Below, piece by piece: positions 57,299 through 64,000 of a DNA stretch of 64,000 nt. The notes beneath the pieces are model-generated. The model did no database searches, had not been told where the DNA came from, and was given only the letters and a program-made list of their open reading frames with translations. Position numbers and translations under genes: made by a program. Each line of letters starts with the position of its first letter. Within the stretch, counting starts at the first letter, position 1. Source of the stretch: Sedimentisphaerales bacterium (GTDB lineage: Bacteria; Planctomycetota; Phycisphaerae; Sedimentisphaerales; Anaerobacaceae); the NCBI GenBank assembly GCA_963708075.1, contig OY970194.1, positions 5,600,001-5,664,000 on the forward strand. Reading direction: 5' to 3'.

Positions 57299-59686
57299 CT
57301 ATGGGCCCTTCTTCTCCGCCAGCATCGTGTCGAAGAAGCCTGTTTTCTTGAGGTACTGGTACAGGTACGAGACCCCCACGAGGGCCAGGCCGGTCACCAG
57401 GAATCCGGCGATGCGGTATATGGTTTCGAGCTCGCGGGTGTCTACGAGGAAGATCTTGGCCAGCAGGAGCACGAAGATGCCGAGGGCCAGGTACCGCAAA
57501 GGCCGGACCCGACGCCAGAAACCCACCACCATCAGCACCGTTGCATACACCGCCCACAGGATCGAGATGTACATCTGCATCAGGAACCGCCACTGGGCGC
57601 TGGGACGCAGGCGGTCATAGTAGAGCCAGATCTCCTCCGTCAGCAGGATCCACAGCACGACGATCGTGCCGAGCACGACGAGTCCCGAGGCTACGAACTC
57701 GTCCGGCTCCCGGCGCTCCGTTTGCTGCAGCAGCCACGCCGACGCGAAGAGCACGGCAACCAGCAGGATCGCCCGGGCGAAGTCGCCGTTGACGAACATC
57801 GTGAACTTGGGTTCGTGGACGCCCGGGAGCGTCACCAGGATATGAACGGCGGCGGCCGCGGCCAACAGTGTCCCCGTGACCCTGCTGGCCAGCCCGCGCG
57901 GGCAGATCGGACGCGCGATGAGCAGGAGGATGAACACCGCGAAGACGAGCACCATCTGTTCCCAGAAGAACGCTACGCTGCCTTTGCTGGCCGGGATGTT
58001 GAACTCACGATGCCACCACAGTTCCATCACGACGGTCGCCATGAGCAATCCGAGAGCGGCCACGTAGAGCCCTTGCGTGCTCATCGATCGCAGGACAGGG
58101 TCTATGCGTCCGTCGAGCCGGTACAGGACATGGCAAACCATCACCGCCGCGGCGACGAAGCACCACGTGCCGAACGCAGTGTTGAAGACCGGCCGGAACG
58201 GATCAATGTGCAGGGGCAGACCGGTCACGAGGTCGCCAACCGCCAACGCCAGCACGATGGCCCCTGCAAGCTGCGTCGGGAGACTGCGGTAACGCAGACC
58301 AGTGATGACCAGGAGCAAGCCCTCGATGCCCCACAGCATCGCAACCGCGTACACCTCGAAATACAGCGGCACAGCGATCGTGATGAATGCCAGCCCGGCG
58401 ATCAGCAGCACCTGCCACAGGTCCGAGTCTTCCCGGTACCGCACGATGACCGCGGCGGCTGCCGCGAGGTGAGCGGCGCCCATGCCGACGCTGCACCACG
58501 CCAGCGCCGCTCGATAGTCGTGGTTTAGGATAGTCCACAGGTAGTAGAACACGGCGGCGGCGTTGGCCAGGACCAGCACGATGTCCTGCGGGGCGGATTT
58601 GACCCGGCGGACCAGCGTGTGCAGGAGCGGGAGCATGAGGTAGATGAGGAAGAATATCGTCAGCCAGAACAGGGCGACGCCGAGCTGCTCGGGCGGCCCG
58701 TCGTGCGACATCGCGGGCCGGTAGAACCGCTCGAACCAGCCCGTGTACAACAGGTATGTGCCGATGAAGACGAGGATGTTGACGGGATTCCACTTTCGCC
58801 AATAGGCGCAGGCCACCGCGCCCGCGCTGAGGATCAGGACGTAGCTGAACAGCAGCATGGGCCGATTCTGTCCCGTGGACAGCACGACGGGCGTCAGGTA
58901 TCCGCCGATCAGCGAGAGCATGGCGATGACGATCTCATCGAGCACGACGGCGTAGAGCATGGCTCCGGCAGTGACGCCGATGGCCAGGACAAAGGCCGTC
59001 GGTGAGTTGATCAGGCCGTACCAGCGATGGGCGGCGAACACCGTCGCGTAGAGAATCGCGAAGCCCAGGGCCGTCACGCCCTTGGCCACGATGTCATACC
59101 CGCGCCGACGAGTCACCTCGCCGATGGCCAGTGCGGCCAGTCCCGAAAATCCCGCGATCAGCACCCGGCCCAGCGGCCCAATCCACCGCTGATCGTACGC
59201 GTACTTCAGGAAGAACCCGACGGCGAACATGACCGTGATCACGCCCGCAATAAGTACCCATCGCGTCCCGATCCGCTGCTCCAGGCCGGCACCCGTATCT
59301 TGCGGCGCAGGCCCCGGCATCACACGGGCCTCTCTGTCCTTCTGGAAGAAGGCTTCGACTCTTGCCGGCTGGGGCGCAGGCCTCGGCGCCTCCTCTGTTT
59401 GCACAACAGGGGCTTGAGCGACCGTCTCACGCCGGACCTCTTCAATGCCCGATGCCGGCCAGATTGTCTTCATCGGCTCAGGCCTCGCCGGCACAGTCGT
59501 TGCGGAGGCCGCGACTGATCCGCGAGATGCGCGCGCCAACTCGTCCACGCGGCCCTGCAATTCTTTGAGCCTCTTGAGCGCGACAAAGCTGATAATCATC
59601 GCAATGGGTCCGCTCAGGACAATGAATAAGGCCAAGAGAAACAGCAATCCCTGCATACACGTCGCTCCCGATCCTGCGACCATCAC
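57299..59686 (-). CDS. DUF2339 family integral membrane protein
   Basis: 'LE..IG.RW...G','GFFLKYAY','GGYLTP...STG','K.FL.D...L...YRI..F'; many TM helices. Confidence 0.87.
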   Translation of the reverse strand: MMVAGSGATCMQGLLFLLALFIVLSGPIAMIISFVALKRLKELQGRVDELARASRGSVAASATTVPARPEPMKTIWPASGIEEVRRETVAQAPVVQTEEAPRPAPQPARVEAFFQKDREARVMPGPAPQDTGAGLEQRIGTRWVLIAGVITVMFAVGFFLKYAYDQRWIGPLGRVLIAGFSGLAALAIGEVTRRRGYDIVAKGVTALGFAILYATVFAAHRWYGLINSPTAFVLAIGVTAGAMLYAVVLDEIVIAMLSLIGGYLTPVVLSTGQNRPMLLFSYVLILSAGAVACAYWRKWNPVNILVFIGTYLLYTGWFERFYRPAMSHDGPPEQLGVALFWLTIFFLIYLMLPLLHTLVRRVKSAPQDIVLVLANAAAVFYYLWTILNHDYRAALAWCSVGMGAAHLAAAAAVIVRYREDSDLWQVLLIAGLAFITIAVPLYFEVYAVAMLWGIEGLLLVITGLRYRSLPTQLAGAIVLALAVGDLVTGLPLHIDPFRPVFNTAFGTWCFVAAAVMVCHVLYRLDGRIDPVLRSMSTQGLYVAALGLLMATVVMELWWHREFNIPASKGSVAFFWEQMVLVFAVFILLLIARPICPRGLASRVTGTLLAAAAAVHILVTLPGVHEPKFTMFVNGDFARAILLVAVLFASAWLLQQTERREPDEFVASGLVVLGTIVVLWILLTEEIWLYYDRLRPSAQWRFLMQMYISILWAVYATVLMVVGFWRRVRPLRYLALGIFVLLLAKIFLVDTRELETIYRIAGFLVTGLALVGVSYLYQYLKKTGFFDTMLAEKKGP

Positions 59687-59816
59687 AAAAGCCGAACCGT
59701 CACCACTTTATCCCCTTTCCACGCGGCCTGTCAAATCCTATCCCCACCGCCTGACAGCATCGTGCCATATGAAAGGTGTGCACGGCACACCCTGCCCTTT
59801 CAAGGTGAAAGACCAC

Positions 59817-59894
59817 GGGCGCCATGTTTATGCTTGCATAGGCATGCCTTGCCCGTCGATGGAGCATGTCCACGCGAGCGTGGACATGGCACCC
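59817..59894. repeat. Family B REP-like double hairpin (diverged)
   Basis: Same architecture as 22645 and 52185, with substitutions in both stems. Confidence 0.8.
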
Positions 59895-60065
59895 GCAACC
59901 CACAAGTTTAAGATAGTCGGGGTACTATGAAAGCCAAGGCCTCCTGCCTGGAGGGGTTCGGCCGGGTTTGACTGCTTTGAAAAAGTTGCGGAGGGCGGAG
60001 GGTTTTTATGTAATCTGGGGGGCTGGGGTGTGTCTTTATTGTGGAATCCAATGACGGAGCTCTGA

Positions 60066-60593
60066 TTGGACGAACGCAGCGATAACGATCTGGTGATGGC
60101 GTCGAGCCGGGGGGATCGGACGGCGTATGCCGTGCTGGTCAGGCGGCACTATAACCAGACCTTTCTCGTCTGCCTCGGCGTTCTGGGCCACGTCCATGAC
60201 GCCGAGGACGTCGCGCAGGACGCGATGATCAAGGGATTCGAGCGAATCCGCCAACTCCGCACGGGCTCGCAGTTCGGGGCCTGGGTCGGGGCCATCGCCA
60301 GGAACCTGAGCATCAACCTGCTCCGCAAGCAGAAGATGACGGAGAAGGCGCTGAATGCCGAGGAATCTTTGCGGCGGCGCGAGGGCCGGCCTGCCTGCGA
60401 GGACTTGCAGCAGGCGGTGGCCCAACTCCCCTGGGACCTTCGACTGCCGCTCGTGATGTATTACTTCGACGGCCAGAACGTCAAGACCGTGGCCGAGAAG
60501 CTGGAGATATCGACTTCGGGGGTCTATCAGAAACTCAGGACCGCCATCCAGGAGTTGCACGAGATTTTAACCACGCAAGGAGATACACCATGA
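60066..60593 (+). CDS. ECF RNA polymerase sigma factor
   Basis: 'DAEDVAQD','F.AW...IARN', region 4 'LP..LR....YF.G......AE.L.IS'; TTG start after GGAG. Confidence 0.92.
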   Translation: MDERSDNDLVMASSRGDRTAYAVLVRRHYNQTFLVCLGVLGHVHDAEDVAQDAMIKGFERIRQLRTGSQFGAWVGAIARNLSINLLRKQKMTEKALNAEESLRRREGRPACEDLQQAVAQLPWDLRLPLVMYYFDGQNVKTVAEKLEISTSGVYQKLRTAIQELHEILTTQGDTP

Positions 60594-61297
60594 ACAGACC
60601 TTGCCCGAATATGCAGGACAAGATTGCGGATTACGTGCTCGGGGCGTTGGACGCCGCGCAGGCCGATGCTTTGCAGGAGCACGTCAGCGAGTGCTCCGGC
60701 TGCCGGCAGTACATGCAGAGTCTGAGGAGTCAGAGCGAATCGCTTGTTGAGCTGGGTCGCGAGATCGGCACCGGCATGACCACCCGTCAGGACAAGGTAA
60801 TCGAGGCCCTGGAGAACGCCGAGCCGATTGCCCGCCGTGCGTTCCCGTTCGTCGGCGGATTCGCTAAGACTGCCGTCGCGGCGGTGCTGCTGCTCGGCGC
60901 CGGGATCACCATCGGCCGGTGGACGGCCCCGCGCCAGGTTGATGTCGAGAAGCTCCGGGCCGACCTGCAGGCATCCATCGCCGCTTCCATCAAGCCGGTC
61001 GTGGAAACGACGGTCCTGGCCCAGGTCGATCGGCGTCTGCAGGCCGAGGCCCAGCGGCAGGCTGAGCTGGCCATGCAGACGCAAAAGGACCTGTTCATGC
61101 TGGTTGAGCAGTGCACAGGCCTCGAGAATCTCATGAAAGGACGATTTGCCGAGTTAGTCGAGATCATCGAAGCCGGCCGCGAGACGGACCGCTGGCGCGT
61201 CGAGAAGGCGCTGCTGGAGATGAGGACACAGACGGGATTGGGCCTGCAAGCCCTCGCCGTTCGAGCCGGCGATCGCGCCACCACCGTCCATGACTGA
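60590..61297 (+). CDS. Zinc-finger (zf-HC2) transmembrane anti-sigma factor
   Basis: 'HVSECSGC' HxxxCxxC, one TM helix; ATGA overlap with the sigma gene. Confidence 0.85.
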   Translation: MNRPCPNMQDKIADYVLGALDAAQADALQEHVSECSGCRQYMQSLRSQSESLVELGREIGTGMTTRQDKVIEALENAEPIARRAFPFVGGFAKTAVAAVLLLGAGITIGRWTAPRQVDVEKLRADLQASIAASIKPVVETTVLAQVDRRLQAEAQRQAELAMQTQKDLFMLVEQCTGLENLMKGRFAELVEIIEAGRETDRWRVEKALLEMRTQTGLGLQALAVRAGDRATTVHD

Positions 61298-61328
61298 TAC
61301 CGACTACCATTGAATATCTCATTCGTCC

Positions 61329-61408
61329 GGGTGGCAGCGGCAAGGCCGAAGGCTTTGCCGATGGCGGATGGGCAAACCATCGGCAAGCTGCGCTTGCCGC
61401 TGCCACCC
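61329..61408. repeat. Family A palindrome inside the ECF operon
   Basis: GGGTGGCAGCGGCAAG...CTTGCCGCTGCCACCC. Confidence 0.9.
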
Positions 61409-61468
61409 AAAGCTGAATGACGTGTGATGCCGGAAGACGCAAGTAGCACCCATGAAAGGATAAACGTC

Positions 61469-63406
61469 ATGATTCACATCCGCAGGACCGCTATCGCCCT
61501 GACCGTTCTCACTCTGCTTGCCCCGGGTCTCAACCGCGTTGCCCGTTCTCAGACCCCGGCATCCCCGGAGGTCTCAAAGAAGACCTTCATCATCACCGGA
61601 TCGACCGGCGTGGGGGGCGTGACGTTCAAAAGTCTGCCGGGCGATCCCATATCGGACGAGCATGGCAACTTCGCCATTGAAGTCCCGAACGACCTCAATG
61701 GCTACGTGATGCCGATCAAGGAAGGCTATACCTTTAACCCGCCGTTCGTCGCCTTCGGCCCTGCGAACAGGGTCAACAACATCTCCTTCACGGCGCGCGT
61801 GGATACATTCACGATCTCCGGCAGCGTCGGGTTCGCTGGTGTCCGGATGACAGATCTGCCTAACACTCCGGTCACGGATGACAACGGCCGGTACAAAGCG
61901 GTTGTTCCATACGCATGGAAGGGGCAGGTCATACCCTCGAAGCTTGGCTATGAGTTCGAGCCTCCCGCGCGGCAGTATACCCGGGTCACGGAAGATCTGG
62001 CGAATGAGGACTATGTGGCCCGCGCGCGCACGATTACGATCTCCGGCAATGTCGGGGCTGCGGACGTGATTCTAGAGGGTTTGCCGGAAGAGGTCGTCTC
62101 CGGACAGGATGGGTCCTATTCCGTGGAAGTCCCCTATGGGTGGGCGGGAACCATCACCCCGATCAAAGACGGCTACAGCTTTTCGCCGGCAAAAAGATCG
62201 ATTGCAGTTGTCACGCGGAATAAGACGGATGCAGACTTCACCGCTGAGGCGAAGATGCTGACGATCACGGACCAGATTCTGCTGGACGGCGATGAGCCCA
62301 TTCAGGGCGTGTATGTCAAGGCCGTGCCGGGGGGCTCTTCCGCGGTCACCGACGCACGGGGAAGGTACGCGATCCAGGTTCCCTCCGGATGGAGTGGCGA
62401 CTTATTCCTTGAGAAGAAGGGGTTCGAATTTGATCCACCAAGTGTCCACTATGACAATGTGACGGAGGATATTGACCTTACGGCGTCAAGGCGTCCCGTG
62501 CCGCCGTCCGGTGCAAAATACCCAAGAGCGCCAGCCCCTGATACCGCTGGCGATGTCCTGGTCATTCCTACGACCGGGGTTTCGACGGTGCAATTCACCG
62601 AGATCGCGGAGGACATGCGCGTGATGCTGAACATCCTGCGTGAGAAGCTCAGCGAGCCGCGGACGATTTCCGGCGTGTTGTACGATTACGGGGACTTCTT
62701 CGGAGACTCGAAGCGAGCGACCGAGGCGCTGTACCTGCAGGGCTACGCGGCCATCTTCATGCTGAAGGCGGACTTCCCGCTGTCCCCGCCGGCGCCGCAG
62801 GGTCAGGCGGAGCCGCCGAAGACCGAGCCGGCCGATCCGGTCTGGCAGCGGGCCAGGGACAGGCTCTATGCTCCGCAGAATGCCGGTGCGTATGGACCTC
62901 CCAGGGCCTCGTCCGAGGCACAGGAGAAGAGCTTCGACCAGCTCAAAGAGGACTTGATCAAGACGCTCAAGCACGCCGCCAATATCCGCAACATCGATCC
63001 CAACGAGTGGATCATCCTGACGGTCACAGGACGCAGTGGCGGGTCGTTTGGCGGCGGTTTCGGCGGGGGCATGTATGGCAGCATGGGCATGATGGGCGGC
63101 GTCGGCGGAGGTGGGGGCGGCGGTATGTATGGAGGCATGATGGGCGGCATGGGCGGCTACGGCGGCGGAGGGGCGGGCGGCGGCTCGTTCGGTTATGGCG
63201 GCGGGGGGCGCTTCCGCATGGACTCCGGCTCACAGGCGGCTGCACCCCGGAGCCGCGGCGCCGGCCGCACTCCGCGGACTCCGGCAGATCCGGCGTCCGC
63301 CACTGTCCTGACGATTCAAGCGAGCAAGGCTGACATTGACGCCCTCGCCGGGGGCAGCCTGAGCTTCGAACAATTCCAAGAGAAGGTGAAGGTCTTCACA
63401 TACTAG
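61469..63406 (+). CDS. Secreted protein with four Ig/prealbumin-like repeats and a Gly/Met-rich C-terminal domain
   Basis: Signal peptide; repeats 'TISG.VG...V...LP.....D..G.Y...VP..W.G...P.K.GY.F.P'; GGM-rich loop. Confidence 0.75.
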   Translation: MIHIRRTAIALTVLTLLAPGLNRVARSQTPASPEVSKKTFIITGSTGVGGVTFKSLPGDPISDEHGNFAIEVPNDLNGYVMPIKEGYTFNPPFVAFGPANRVNNISFTARVDTFTISGSVGFAGVRMTDLPNTPVTDDNGRYKAVVPYAWKGQVIPSKLGYEFEPPARQYTRVTEDLANEDYVARARTITISGNVGAADVILEGLPEEVVSGQDGSYSVEVPYGWAGTITPIKDGYSFSPAKRSIAVVTRNKTDADFTAEAKMLTITDQILLDGDEPIQGVYVKAVPGGSSAVTDARGRYAIQVPSGWSGDLFLEKKGFEFDPPSVHYDNVTEDIDLTASRRPVPPSGAKYPRAPAPDTAGDVLVIPTTGVSTVQFTEIAEDMRVMLNILREKLSEPRTISGVLYDYGDFFGDSKRATEALYLQGYAAIFMLKADFPLSPPAPQGQAEPPKTEPADPVWQRARDRLYAPQNAGAYGPPRASSEAQEKSFDQLKEDLIKTLKHAANIRNIDPNEWIILTVTGRSGGSFGGGFGGGMYGSMGMMGGVGGGGGGGMYGGMMGGMGGYGGGGAGGGSFGYGGGGRFRMDSGSQAAAPRSRGAGRTPRTPADPASATVLTIQASKADIDALAGGSLSFEQFQEKVKVFTY

Positions 63407-63429
63407 TTCGGCAGGGAAAGGGTTCGTCC

Positions 63430-64000
63430 ATGAAACGCACAACGTATTGCAGCGTCATCGTCGTGGTGCTCGTCGCTGTCTTAGTGACATCCGCCTATTC
63501 GCAGGTGCAAAGAGCGCCGGTCCGCGTCCGGCGTAGCGGCACACCGTCCACAGGCACACAGTCCATGGGGCCGTTGCGTGGGCCGATCGATCCTAATATG
63601 ACGCCGCAACAGCGGATGGCCCAGCATCAGCAAGAGTTCCAGCAGCGAATGGCGGAAATGCAGCGCCAGTTGGAGCAGATGCAACGTCAGGCCGAGGAGA
63701 GCTGGAACAACGCCATGCGCCAGATGCTCAACGCTACCGACGAGCAGTGGCCGCGAATCAAGACGAAGCTGGACCTCATCGACAAACTGAAGAAGGAAGC
63801 CGATGTCGCGATAACCAATATTTCGCCGGACAGCGGCTCCTCCAGTGGTGTAAACACCTTCCGGAGCACTGGACAAACCTTCAGCGGCGGCGGGTTCTCG
63901 GGCGGCGTGAGCGGCGGCATCGGGGGATTCAGCATGGGTTCTTCGGGCACGCCGCAGACCTGGAGCAGGACCTGGGGCACCGGCTCGAACCGCCGCGACC
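63430..64000 (+). CDS. Secreted Gln/Met-rich helical protein, partial (runs off the window)
   Basis: My translation: MKRTTYCSVIVVVLVAVLVTSAYSQ...QQRMAQHQQEFQQRMAEMQRQLEQM...LNATDEQWPRIK; no stop in the window. Confidence 0.75.
   Translation, partial: MKRTTYCSVIVVVLVAVLVTSAYSQVQRAPVRVRRSGTPSTGTQSMGPLRGPIDPNMTPQQRMAQHQQEFQQRMAEMQRQLEQMQRQAEESWNNAMRQMLNATDEQWPRIKTKLDLIDKLKKEADVAITNISPDSGSSSGVNTFRSTGQTFSGGGFSGGVSGGIGGFSMGSSGTPQTWSRTWGTGSNRRD

Overview
High-GC bacterial chromosomal segment. By inference it comes from a planctomycete of class Phycisphaerae (Sedimentisphaerales-like), based on a BlaI plus giant BlaR1/M56 pair, an ECF/anti-sigma operon, Tat-exported Gfo/Idh/MocA, DUF1080 and ThuA genes, an HzsA-like protein, PEP-CTERM/VPAPGA proteins and heptamer-rich intergenic DNA. 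It holds about 50 CDSs: carbohydrate-active and secreted proteins, a two-component pair, a peroxiredoxin, purC, ribokinase, an autotransporter and an outer-membrane barrel. Small toxin-antitoxin/defence-like islets, a stand-alone HNH-AP2 endonuclease and a truncated DUF5131 gene are scattered through it. I recognised no rRNA, tRNA, transposase, integrase or cas gene. The intergenic DNA is very rich in REP/MITE-like palindromes, several nested inside one another. The best candidates for something undescribed are: (i) a cas-less array of nine ~15-nt repeats (TTGGCTTTGTTTCGC) with a 71-92-bp period at 53.26-53.92 kb, fed by a near-consensus sigma70 promoter and structured leader, next to a TIR/NDT-like gene; (ii) a promoter- and terminator-bounded structured RNA at 50.11-50.28 kb; (iii) the Cys-rich HNH-AP2 element at 11.2-12.4 kb. 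Five single-base frameshifts in otherwise intact genes suggest sequencing or assembly indels. All family calls come from motif recognition by eye, not from database searches.
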